This document shows positions 46,207 to 54,946 of a stretch of DNA of 64,000 nt, one piece after another. Below the pieces are notes generated by a model, which saw nothing but the letters and a program-made list of their open reading frames with translations, was not told the DNA's origin and searched no databases. Made by a program: the position numbers and the translations under genes. Numbering within the stretch: position 1 is the first letter of the stretch; every line of letters begins with the position of its first letter. Origin of the DNA: Myxococcales bacterium (GTDB taxonomy: Bacteria > Myxococcota_A > Bradymonadia > Bradymonadales > Bradymonadaceae); the NCBI GenBank assembly GCA_026988815.1, contig JALSKP010000139.1, forward strand, positions 1,927 to 65,926. The letters are read 5' to 3'.

Positions 46207-46934
46207 GCCATGCCTCCGTTGACACCAATGACCTGGCCGGTCACATAACTCGCCCCATCGGAACATAGAAAAGCAACAACTTTTGCGACCTCTTCAGGTT
46301 TCCCGATTCGACGCATAGGAATATGGGGCAGCACTTTATCGAGTGGCAAGCCTTCGATCATTTCCGTTTCAATGAGTCCCGGTGAAACGGCATTCACGGT
46401 AATTCCACGCCGCGCAACTTCTTTTGCCAAGGCTTTGGTCGCCCCGATCAGTCCCGCTTTTGCCGCCGAATAATTCACCTGACCGCGGTTGCCAATTTGT
46501 CCAGAAACAGAAGAAAGGGTGATAATGCGTCCCCACCGTTGGCGAACCATCGGCATTAAAATGGGTTTGGTAATATTGTAGAACCCATTCAGCGAGGTCT
46601 CAATAACACGGTCCCACGCATCGCCACTCATCGCGGCAAGCAAGGTGTCATCGGCAACGCCGGCATTGTTAATAAGAATAGAAATCGGCGCCTCCTTACC
46701 TAAATCTTCGACGGCCTTCGTTGCAAGCTCGCGATCGCAAACATCAAACTTTGCGAGAGAGGCCTCGCCGCCTTTTTCGAGAATGGCCTCTAGAACCGCA
46801 TGCGCGGCATCGTCGTTGGAACGATAATTGAGAATCACATGGGAGTTTGGAATCTCACTTAACTCTAAAGCGATGGCCGCACCGATACCGCGACTTGCGC
46901 CGGTGACAAGAATTCTAGTTTTTTTCAGGGTCAT
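46203..46934 (-). CDS. fabG: 3-oxoacyl-ACP reductase (SDR)
   Basis: 243-aa ORF with TGASRGIG, NNAG, the catalytic YSAAK, and PGLIETEM. Confidence 0.92.
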   Translation of the reverse strand: MTLKKTRILVTGASRGIGAAIALELSEIPNSHVILNYRSNDDAAHAVLEAILEKGGEASLAKFDVCDRELATKAVEDLGKEAPISILINNAGVADDTLLAAMSGDAWDRVIETSLNGFYNITKPILMPMVRQRWGRIITLSSVSGQIGNRGQVNYSAAKAGLIGATKALAKEVARRGITVNAVSPGLIETEMIEGLPLDKVLPHIPMRRIGKPEEVAKVVAFLCSDGASYVTGQVIGVNGGMA

Positions 46935-47379
46935 CTAACTCTCCCTCGTATACATTTAAAATACCTTCGGCGAGGCAATCTTTGCCTCGAAAAACCTGAC
47001 AAGAAAAGGCGGCGATATCGCCGGATCGATGGTCCATCCTAGCCACAATTTCGAGTTCATCATCAATGTTAATCTTTGGAAGATGGAGATCTAATTGCCG
47101 ACAACTTATCAACATCCCTCGGCGAGGTTTGACGTCGCCGCGATCGGATTCAAGGGCTTGGCGTCTTTTTTCTAAACCTGAAAAAACAGCCACAGCTTGG
47201 GCCATCCATTCTAAGGACACCAGCGTTTCCACACCCTGGGCATCGACGTAGCGCTGATTTTCTTTGACTTTAAGTGCGCATTTTATCGAAACATTATCGG
47301 CGAAAATAATGCTATCCAGAAGAACGCTTCCGCCGGAATGGGGAATCAAGTCCGCAATATTGAGCTCTTCTACTCGCAT
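46915..47379 (-). CDS. Hotdog-fold 3-hydroxyacyl-ACP dehydratase (aryl-polyene type)
   Basis: The ATG at 47379 gives MRVEELNIADLIPHSG (a His-containing N-terminal motif). The ORF is open to 47415. Size is about 154 aa. Confidence 0.7.
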   Translation of the reverse strand: MRVEELNIADLIPHSGGSVLLDSIIFADNVSIKCALKVKENQRYVDAQGVETLVSLEWMAQAVAVFSGLEKRRQALESDRGDVKPRRGMLISCRQLDLHLPKINIDDELEIVARMDHRSGDIAAFSCQVFRGKDCLAEGILNVYEGELDDPEKN

Positions 47380-48056
47380 ATTGCCACCCAAGATTTGCCA
47401 TTTAACGCGGGACATAAGACATGGTACTCACCGACTTTCGCGGTCTCAAACCAGTCCATCAGATGTTGAATTGGAGCGGCAGGATTGCCATCTAAGAGAT
47501 CGGGCAATGGAGACTGATAAGGTTGGGAAGACATTTGGAGACTTAGGTTTCTATCCTGACCGGGGGTCAACACAAGCGCCGCAGCGAAGGGCTCAAAGAC
47601 CGGACCGAATGCGGGGGGCCATGCTTCCTCGGCGATTACGACCATCGTTTCACCGTGTTCGTTGGCCGTCATGATTGCCTCTAAAAGTGCCATAGCACTC
47701 AGATCCTCATTGGCGGAAATGGCGTTCAGAAACCCTTTATGTGCGTTCGATACACCGACGGTTGAGGCGGGCGCATGATGGACCGAGCCCGAAAAGCGAA
47801 TCGGAGAAAGGCCCTCGACCCCATCTTCGGCCATTTGTTCGAGCAGACTAAAAAGAACGGAAATACTTCCCAAACATGACCCGAAAACGATTGGTGTATC
47901 GGGCTCAAAACCGCCAACCTCTTCCATCACATGCGCGCAATACTTGGTCAGCGGGGCCGCTCTTCGAACGGCACTTCGGGAGAGAATAGAAATGGGTGGA
48001 AGGGCACGTTGAGATTCCCACCATGCGTAAGATCGTGTTGGCCAAATTCCCATCAC
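47370..48056 (-). CDS. Half-size ketosynthase-like protein (chain-length-factor-type partner)
   Basis: 228-aa ORF with KS N-terminal-domain-like sequence but none of the HGTGT or GHxxGAxG motifs. It sits between a full KS gene and the dehydratase gene. Confidence 0.65.
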   Translation of the reverse strand: MMGIWPTRSYAWWESQRALPPISILSRSAVRRAAPLTKYCAHVMEEVGGFEPDTPIVFGSCLGSISVLFSLLEQMAEDGVEGLSPIRFSGSVHHAPASTVGVSNAHKGFLNAISANEDLSAMALLEAIMTANEHGETMVVIAEEAWPPAFGPVFEPFAAALVLTPGQDRNLSLQMSSQPYQSPLPDLLDGNPAAPIQHLMDWFETAKVGEYHVLCPALNGKSWVAICE

Positions 48057-49204
48057 AGTTTCTCAAAAATAAGAGTGACGTTATTACCACCGAAGGCAAA
48101 ACTATTGGACGCGATAAACTTTCCAGCAATATCGACGGGGTTGGCGTCTAAAGAAATTTTACTCGCCTCTTCGGCTTTTTTAAAACCGATGGTCCCTGGC
48201 AGACGTTGGCGTTTGAGCGACTCAATGGAAATAATCGCGTCCACGGTACCACAGGCGCCAAGGGTATGGCCGGTAAATCCTTTGGTAGAAACGACCGGAA
48301 TTTCTGTGCCAAAAATGCTTTGAATGGCCGTCGATTCTGCGCGGTCATTTTCAAGGGTTCCGGTTCCGTGCGCGTTCAAGGCAGCCACGTCTTTTGGAGA
48401 AAGTTCGGCGTCATCAAGTGCAAATTGCATTGTTCGCGCCGCGCCTTCGCCGTCCGGTGGAGGACGCGTGATATGGTATCCATCGGAGGCGGATCCAAAT
48501 CCCCTCAACGCGAAACTATCACGTTGCCCCAATCGCTCCCTTTCGAGCAGAAGCGCACCGCCAGCCTCGCCGATGTTGATACCGTCCCGTTCAATATCGA
48601 AAGGACGACATCGTTCTTTTGAAAGCAATCCCAGGCCCTCAAAACCTTGGAGGGTGAGATCGCACAGCGTATCCACACCGAGAAGAAGTACCGCGTCCGC
48701 GATATTTTGAGAAATAAGACGCCGGGCACTGCCAAAAATTTGCGCGCTCGAACTACACGCAGTGCTAATGGTGTATGCAGGACCGGCCAGATCGAATTGG
48801 GTTTGAATCATTGTCGCAATCGCGCCAAAGCCGTGTTTTATAAATGCCGAACCTTGAAGAGCGTTGGGATAATGGCTTTCCGTCCACGCGATACCACCGG
48901 TGCTTGTGCCAACCAAAACGGCAACCCGTTCGGCTCCCCATTTTTCGCGTGCCTTTTGAATGGAGGCCGACATCGGAAAAAGCGTCGAGTAGGCAAGTTG
49001 GGCCTGGCAGGTTGCATAGGGATGGAGCGTCGTTGGAAGTGGGCGCAGATTTTCAACACGACCGATGTATCGATTTTTTTCTTTACGCAGACCGCTTTTA
49101 TTTTCGAAAATCGCGTCAAGCGCGGATTGGGTCTGCGCACCTTCGGAGCCCGAGCTCGTCGCGCATAGAAGCGCGTAGTCGGAAATGAAGATCTCCCTCT
49201 TCAT
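48053..49204 (-). CDS. Beta-ketoacyl-ACP synthase
   Basis: 383-aa ORF with triad motifs TACSSSAQ, NAHGTGT and GHTLGACG. Confidence 0.9.
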   Translation of the reverse strand: MKREIFISDYALLCATSSGSEGAQTQSALDAIFENKSGLRKEKNRYIGRVENLRPLPTTLHPYATCQAQLAYSTLFPMSASIQKAREKWGAERVAVLVGTSTGGIAWTESHYPNALQGSAFIKHGFGAIATMIQTQFDLAGPAYTISTACSSSAQIFGSARRLISQNIADAVLLLGVDTLCDLTLQGFEGLGLLSKERCRPFDIERDGINIGEAGGALLLERERLGQRDSFALRGFGSASDGYHITRPPPDGEGAARTMQFALDDAELSPKDVAALNAHGTGTLENDRAESTAIQSIFGTEIPVVSTKGFTGHTLGACGTVDAIISIESLKRQRLPGTIGFKKAEEASKISLDANPVDIAGKFIASNSFAFGGNNVTLIFEKL

Positions 49205-49726
49205 CTATTCTTTTTCTTTTATTTCTAAAACGACTTTCACGATATCGCCGACGCTCTGAAGTTTCATGAGTTTTTTGTCGGGAATATGCACGCCCAGGGA
49301 CTCGTGCAGACAGGCCACCAAATCCAATGCATCGAGGGAATCCAAATCGAGATCGGCCACCAATTGGGTTTCGTACTTCAAGTCATCGGTGGGAAACTCA
49401 AACATCGCGTGAAGGGTTGATGCGACTTCTTTAAAAATTTTCGTTTCTAGATCGTCTTCGTCACATTGCCTATTAGAACTTTTTTGTTGGATATAGGCGC
49501 TAATCGAATGAACGCAGTGGAAATGTTTGGCATTTTCTTCGTCGCCTTCCGTGAATTCTACGCCATATTGTTTTGAAATAGCCATCGCTAATTCTAAAAA
49601 GTCTAGGCTATCCAAGCCGTAGGTGTCGACCAAGGATGCGTTTAGATCCATGGTTTCACCGTTTACTTCGGTTAACATCAACTTATCAACGATCAATTTT
49701 GCAACATCTCTTTCATCGACTTTCAC
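49205..49726 (-). CDS. Tandem acyl carrier protein (ACP-ACP didomain)
   Basis: 173-aa ORF with two phosphopantetheine-attachment DSL motifs (GLDSLDFLEL and DLDSLDALDL) about 90 aa apart. Confidence 0.85.
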   Translation of the reverse strand: MKVDERDVAKLIVDKLMLTEVNGETMDLNASLVDTYGLDSLDFLELAMAISKQYGVEFTEGDEENAKHFHCVHSISAYIQQKSSNRQCDEDDLETKIFKEVASTLHAMFEFPTDDLKYETQLVADLDLDSLDALDLVACLHESLGVHIPDKKLMKLQSVGDIVKVVLEIKEKE

Positions 49727-50565
49727 AAACAGCTCCCGTGTGACTTCTTAAGTTCGTTACGATATTTCTTTTCCCACTCTCTAGCGGATAGACGCGCATC
49801 TTGCACTAAATATTCAGGTTTTTCACCCCAAAAAGGGAAGATGAACAACTTTACACTTCCCCGATTCGGATATCCGCGAAAACCCTGCGCTCTTCCTAAG
49901 ACACGAGGCGTGCATTTCACCATCACGCTCGCTAATGGTGCTTGGGTTTGCTCGGCAATCATAAAAGCGCCGCGCTTAAAGGGCAGAAGTTTATCTGGAT
50001 CCGATCGGGTTCCTTCAGGAAAAATAATGACCGTCTGCCCCTCATTTACGCGTTCTATGGCTTCCCGAATGATCACCGCGCCTCGACCGATCGAGGATCC
50101 ACTTCGAATATATCCGCAACACCACGATAAAATACCGAGCAGGGGATTGTAATAATAAAGCGGTTTCACAACGACGGTCCCATGCCCAAGTTGGGATTTT
50201 ATTAATACAATATCAAGAAGGGTGGGATGATTTGCGATGAGAACGGTACCACTATGGGTTTCCAATTTTCGGGGAACGAGCTCTTCCATATGGAGGGTTC
50301 CCGATTCATAAAGTTTGATCAGATCGAGATACCAAAGAAGGAGACTAAAACCTCGTGCGACAATGTGTTGGCAGCGCTGCTGTCCACGGATTCGATTCCA
50401 GGTAATGAGGCGAACCAAGGGCAGGGCACACCATCCAAGGATAATCCCACCTGTGTAAAAGATAATAAATCCCAAGATGACGAAGGGAATACGGCGCATA
50501 ACTATCTGATCAGAAATCGATCCCAAAAGGTTGGCTTGGTTACTATAGCGCATGGGGTACTTCAA
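49723..50565 (-). CDS. PlsC-family lysophospholipid/1-acylglycerol-3-phosphate acyltransferase
   Basis: 280-aa ORF with an HxxxxD motif (ANHPTLLD), FPEGTRS, and N-terminal transmembrane helices. It is the first gene of the minus-strand operon. Confidence 0.85.
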   Translation of the reverse strand: MKYPMRYSNQANLLGSISDQIVMRRIPFVILGFIIFYTGGIILGWCALPLVRLITWNRIRGQQRCQHIVARGFSLLLWYLDLIKLYESGTLHMEELVPRKLETHSGTVLIANHPTLLDIVLIKSQLGHGTVVVKPLYYYNPLLGILSWCCGYIRSGSSIGRGAVIIREAIERVNEGQTVIIFPEGTRSDPDKLLPFKRGAFMIAEQTQAPLASVMVKCTPRVLGRAQGFRGYPNRGSVKLFIFPFWGEKPEYLVQDARLSAREWEKKYRNELKKSHGSCL

Positions 50566-50632
50566 GGGAATCTTAGATCTTGGTGAGGATTCTTCGCTTG
50601 ACCGTCAAATTTTCGAACGATAGATAGATTTC

Positions 50633-51661
50633 ATGAAAACTTTTATACTGCTTATTTTCATCGTTATTTCTAGTTCCTGTGGTGGCAAAAAACCCATCAG
50701 CGATCCCATGTTGGGTTCAACAGAGCCCCTGTTCACTATGGTGAACATGCGTTTTGATGAAAATCGAAATTCGATTTCGTCCATCGGTTACCAGAAATTT
50801 CGTCTCCTCAGCGTGTGTACGCCTGTCATTCTCAACGCCGTTTTCCAACGTTCCTTTGAGTTTACCTTGAAGGATACGGGACGTCGGATCCATTACGATT
50901 TAAACAAACGTACCCAACTTCCGGTTCAGGCCCATCTTAACCGATTGATCGGTCCACAATGTCCAGCCACAGAAAGCCTTTCCGAGAACGATCAACAAGG
51001 CATTAAAGAAGGTAAAGCCCTCAACGGCATGACCCGTGAAGGCGTTCTTATTGCCGTTGGTTATCCGCCCGAGCACCGAACTGGCAACTTGGATAACACC
51101 ACCTGGACTTACTGGAATAGTACCTTTGGAAGCTTTGCCCTTCGGTTTGATAACAACGGCTTAGTGACCGGTGAAAACGTCGCGCCACCAACGAAAGTCG
51201 CGGCTAAAACGGTCTACACACTCGTCAACCTCCACGCCAATAAGCGCGGCGAAATTGAATCGATTGGATACCAAAAGCTCGGCATGCTTCCGATCTGCAC
51301 GCCCGTTGAAATCGTTGAGATGGATTCTGATGAAATCGAATTTATCAATAAAGACAATGGCATTAATTACGTTTTCTCGCTTCACGACACCAACCAAGTT
51401 TCCATCGCCAAACATCGCGAACGTATTTTTGGAGAAAACTGCATCGATCAAAGCGCGATGAGCGAGATTGACAAAACCGGAATCGAGCAAGGAAAAGCGA
51501 TGGTTGGTATGACCAAAGAAGGCGTCGTTGCCGCCCTCGGTTACCCACCCGAGCACGAAACACCTTCCATCCGAGGAAACAAGTGGGTTTATTGGATCGG
51601 ACGTGTCGATAAATTCGTCGTGAGTTTCAAAAACGATCTCGTCGTGTCGATCAAAGATTAG
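50633..51661 (+). CDS. Lipoprotein made of two homologous halves, each ending in a BamE/SmpA-like motif
   Basis: 342-aa ORF with lipobox SSSCGG. The halves align by eye (SIGYQKFRLLSVCTPV / SIGYQKLGMLPICTPV; GMTREGVLIAVGYPPEHRT / GMTKEGVVAALGYPPEHET). Confidence 0.75.
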   Translation: MKTFILLIFIVISSSCGGKKPISDPMLGSTEPLFTMVNMRFDENRNSISSIGYQKFRLLSVCTPVILNAVFQRSFEFTLKDTGRRIHYDLNKRTQLPVQAHLNRLIGPQCPATESLSENDQQGIKEGKALNGMTREGVLIAVGYPPEHRTGNLDNTTWTYWNSTFGSFALRFDNNGLVTGENVAPPTKVAAKTVYTLVNLHANKRGEIESIGYQKLGMLPICTPVEIVEMDSDEIEFINKDNGINYVFSLHDTNQVSIAKHRERIFGENCIDQSAMSEIDKTGIEQGKAMVGMTKEGVVAALGYPPEHETPSIRGNKWVYWIGRVDKFVVSFKNDLVVSIKD

Positions 51662-51854
51662 CGACTAGTCTACTTGCCATCCTGAGGGACATATCCCACA
51701 ATTTATCCGCTTCTCATTGAACACGATTTTCGGGGAAAAAAAGCGTCTCCGCGTCGTTCTGCGCCAAAACCTAACTAAACAAATTATAAATATTTGTTCG
51801 ATTTTTGGTACGCATTTTGTATAAGCACTCTCAGGTAGTTTAAACGGTGATTTC

Positions 51855-53354
51855 ATGAACAAAAATTTAGCTTATCTTCTTATTCTCATCTCTTTCTCTT
51901 TCGCCTGTGCGGAAGAGATTACGGACACTCCAAATTCTGAGGCCCTCGACGATCCAACATTAATTTCGGTCGATACAATTTTAGATGGATCTCCAGAAAA
52001 CTCGGAGCTGAGATCTGAGGCCAAGGCCGATGAAATTTTTCCCGTCCGTTCCTCGGAATTGGTCAAAACCCAATCCTCGGTCAAGAGCCAGGGGAGTCGA
52101 GGCGTTTGCTCGATTTTTTCAACCGTTGCCTATATGGAGCATCTCTACATCACCGAAGGCACGATTACAGATCCCGATTTTTCTGAGCAATATCTTCAAT
52201 GGTCGGCCAAATTCGAAGTGGGCGCATTCAAAAAAACCGGGGGCTCAAATGCGAATAGAAACATTGAAGCCATACACCGTTTTGGAATTCCCTCCGAAGA
52301 CGCGTGGACGTATGAAAGCGCGGGATGGAACACCTCCGACGATCCTGAATGTAAAAGCGACGACAAAGACAAACCCACGCGTTGTTATACCAATGGCACG
52401 CCTCCAGAAGAGGCCCTTCAAGCGGCGAAATTTAGTTTGCCTGCAGGTCGATTTATCTCCACGCGCGCGCGAGACATCAAAGCGCGCATTCATACCAAAA
52501 AACAAGCCGTCGTTGTTGGACTCACCTTCTTCTATCAGTCCTGGAACCATCGTCGCTCGCCGCTCAAAGTTAACTCCGATTATTGGGATCAAGGGTATGT
52601 ACTTTATCCAAACGCAGACGATAAAAAACATGGTTTAGAAAAGAAAGCCGGTCACTCCATTCTTATTGTGGGATGGGACGACGAGCTTGAAGTTCCCACG
52701 GTCGACAAAGACGGAAATGTAATCAAGGATAGCAATGGCGATCCGATTGTTGAAAAAGGATTTTTCCTCTTTAAGAACAGTTGGGGAACGGGCGGATTTG
52801 GGTCCAAGAACGAGAAGGGAGATGGCTACGGTTGGCTCTCAATGAAATACGTTAAAGAGTTTGGACGCGGTCGCATTTCTGATCTTCCTAAACTTGAAGT
52901 ACCCGACGAAATTTGCGGAGACAACATCGATAATGATCGTAACGGCGATACCGATTGTGATGATGTTGCATGTGAAAATGACTCTACCTGCGTCCAAGAG
53001 AACGAAGTCATCGAGGTCGTCAGCAGTGCGCTTTCGATTCCTGATAACGATGCCAAAGGTGCTCAAAGTACCTTCCAGATTGAACTCAATGCAGTCAGCT
53101 CGATGGTTCTCGATATTGATATCAAACACTCTTTTGCTGGCGACTTGAGCATCGAGCTCGTCTCACCCGCAGGCGAGGTCATCGAAGTGCTCGCCGCCGA
53201 TTCCGGAAATGCAACCGACGATCTAGTGCAAAGCCTAATCGTAAAAGATGCTGATAAAATCGCCACCCAAGGTGAATGGACGCTTCGCGTTATCGATCAC
53301 GCGGCCGTTGATACCGGTGAAGTTCGAAGCGCAAGACTCACCATCACACCGTAG
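51855..53354 (+). CDS. Secreted papain-like (C1) cysteine peptidase with Cys-rich linker and C-terminal proprotein-convertase P-domain
   Basis: 499-aa ORF with lipobox SFACAE. The catalytic Cys context is QGSRGVCSIFS, the His is in GHSILIVGWDD, and the Asn/Trp is in KNSWG. A linker follows (CGDNIDNDRNGDTDCDDVAC). The P-domain-like DIDIKHSFAGDLSIELVSPAG is near the C-terminus. Confidence 0.85.
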   Translation: MNKNLAYLLILISFSFACAEEITDTPNSEALDDPTLISVDTILDGSPENSELRSEAKADEIFPVRSSELVKTQSSVKSQGSRGVCSIFSTVAYMEHLYITEGTITDPDFSEQYLQWSAKFEVGAFKKTGGSNANRNIEAIHRFGIPSEDAWTYESAGWNTSDDPECKSDDKDKPTRCYTNGTPPEEALQAAKFSLPAGRFISTRARDIKARIHTKKQAVVVGLTFFYQSWNHRRSPLKVNSDYWDQGYVLYPNADDKKHGLEKKAGHSILIVGWDDELEVPTVDKDGNVIKDSNGDPIVEKGFFLFKNSWGTGGFGSKNEKGDGYGWLSMKYVKEFGRGRISDLPKLEVPDEICGDNIDNDRNGDTDCDDVACENDSTCVQENEVIEVVSSALSIPDNDAKGAQSTFQIELNAVSSMVLDIDIKHSFAGDLSIELVSPAGEVIEVLAADSGNATDDLVQSLIVKDADKIATQGEWTLRVIDHAAVDTGEVRSARLTITP

Positions 53355-53360
53355 ACAGGT

Positions 53361-53747
53361 TTACTTTTCCAAGTGAACAACCCAAACCAATCCAAACTGA
53401 TGAACTGATTTTTCCAGGTAACCCGCTGGCGTTCGAGGACCATCTTTATCGCCCCAGGCCTCGACAAGCCAAACGCTATCATGGCTTTCCAAATCGCCCT
53501 TTTTCACAAGTTGATCTGGGCGAATAACCTTTAAATATCTTCGGCGAGACATCGCATAACCAGATAGCCAAGACGGAGAAAACACCAAGGCGTCATCTTT
53601 CTTCCAATCTTTTTTAATCACTTTTGCAACCTTATTCCACGTCCCTCTACCGGGTATGTGGAGGTAGTGATTCATCTGGATAAGCAAGAAGACCGAAAGA
53701 GCCAACGCACCGAGACTATAAAGAATATGAAATCTAAAGCGTCTCAA
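53361..53747 (-). CDS. Small membrane-anchored hypothetical protein
   Basis: 128-aa ORF with one N-terminal transmembrane helix. Overlaps the upstream GT-C-like gene by 4 nt. Confidence 0.5.
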   Translation of the reverse strand: MRRFRFHILYSLGALALSVFLLIQMNHYLHIPGRGTWNKVAKVIKKDWKKDDALVFSPSWLSGYAMSRRRYLKVIRPDQLVKKGDLESHDSVWLVEAWGDKDGPRTPAGYLEKSVHQFGLVWVVHLEK

Positions 53748-54943
53748 TACATTGCCTTGAGAACATAAAAAAGGTGCGCACCACCAATGGCGGCAAACAT
53801 AAGATAACTCAGTATTTCACCTTTTTTTCCCTTTTCCACCAGCTTCGAAAACACCAATGTTAGCAAAAGACAGAAGGGAATCATGGCCGGATAAAGATAA
53901 CGCGTCACGGCCAAAGCCGGATTAAAATTTGAAATCGTATAAGGCGCAAGCGCGACGGCGATCCAAAACAGCGCGAAAAAAAGCAAAGGTTGTTTTCTAA
54001 AATTGAAAATAATCCAAGACGCAATCGCGAGAAGTAGAGCGACCAAAATAAGCTTCATAGAAACGCCCAGTTTAGCCGGATAAACGAGCAAAGACGAAAA
54101 ATCTAAAAAGCGCAATCCTGGATAGATGCCGCTCACTACACCGCCCCATCGCTCGTTCAAACTCCCGTGTTGGAACTTACGTATCGAAATTAAGGCAATC
54201 GGAATAATCGCCAAAAAGAAAGGAATGTATTTATAGGAGCGTTGAATAAGATCGCGCTTAGATATCGAAAAAGAAAGCTTTTCTCGCTCGCCAACTTGAC
54301 CTAAACCAAAGAGCTCCAAGACAATCAAAAGAGGCGGAAGAACGACCGCACTTTCTCTGATAAGCAGACCCACAATGAACATTGCGAGCGCGGAAAAATA
54401 GGTAACTTTCTTATTTGTTTTTAAGAAGGCGTAAAAAAACAAAAGTGTCGCAAGAACAAAAACGCTAACCAAGGGATGGGAAAAAGCCGCCGCCGTCCAT
54501 GTAATCGATTGCTTATGTCCAAGATAGGCAACGAAGGTAAAGCCTCCCAAAAAAGCCAGCGTTTTTCTTTTGCTAAACGTGAGCAATAGAAAATAAATCA
54601 ACACGCTAGCCAAGGCATGTATGCCAATACTGAACGCGTGAAAGGCCATCGGCGAACGACCAAAGACCTTCACTAATCCAAAATATAAGGCGCTCTGTAA
54701 TGGCAAATAATAGGTCGACGCAAATGGATTTTTCGTCACTAAAGAGGGATCAAAAATCGTCGTAAAAGTGTTTCGAAGCTCAGTATCGGCAAGCCATTTA
54801 AGGTCGTCGAAATTATTGAGGGGTTTGGCTAGGACGGGATAATAAATCACCACAGCGAGCGCGACCAAGATAAGAAGGTGAAAGACAATCACGCCATATC
54901 TTCGACTCCAACCCAACTTTTCTTGATTAACATCCACGCTCAA
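53744..54943 (-). CDS. Polytopic GT-C-type glycosyltransferase-like membrane protein (PMT/TMTC/ArnT-like)
   Basis: 399-aa ORF with about 10 transmembrane helices. The N-terminal pattern NNFDDLKWL ... YYLPLQS ... FHAFSIGIHAL resembles the conserved DD/YYRPL/fH...H region of PMT/TMTC-type transferases (from memory). Confidence 0.55.
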   Translation of the reverse strand: MSVDVNQEKLGWSRRYGVIVFHLLILVALAVVIYYPVLAKPLNNFDDLKWLADTELRNTFTTIFDPSLVTKNPFASTYYLPLQSALYFGLVKVFGRSPMAFHAFSIGIHALASVLIYFLLLTFSKRKTLAFLGGFTFVAYLGHKQSITWTAAAFSHPLVSVFVLATLLFFYAFLKTNKKVTYFSALAMFIVGLLIRESAVVLPPLLIVLELFGLGQVGEREKLSFSISKRDLIQRSYKYIPFFLAIIPIALISIRKFQHGSLNERWGGVVSGIYPGLRFLDFSSLLVYPAKLGVSMKLILVALLLAIASWIIFNFRKQPLLFFALFWIAVALAPYTISNFNPALAVTRYLYPAMIPFCLLLTLVFSKLVEKGKKGEILSYLMFAAIGGAHLFYVLKAMY

Positions 54944-54946
54944 AAA

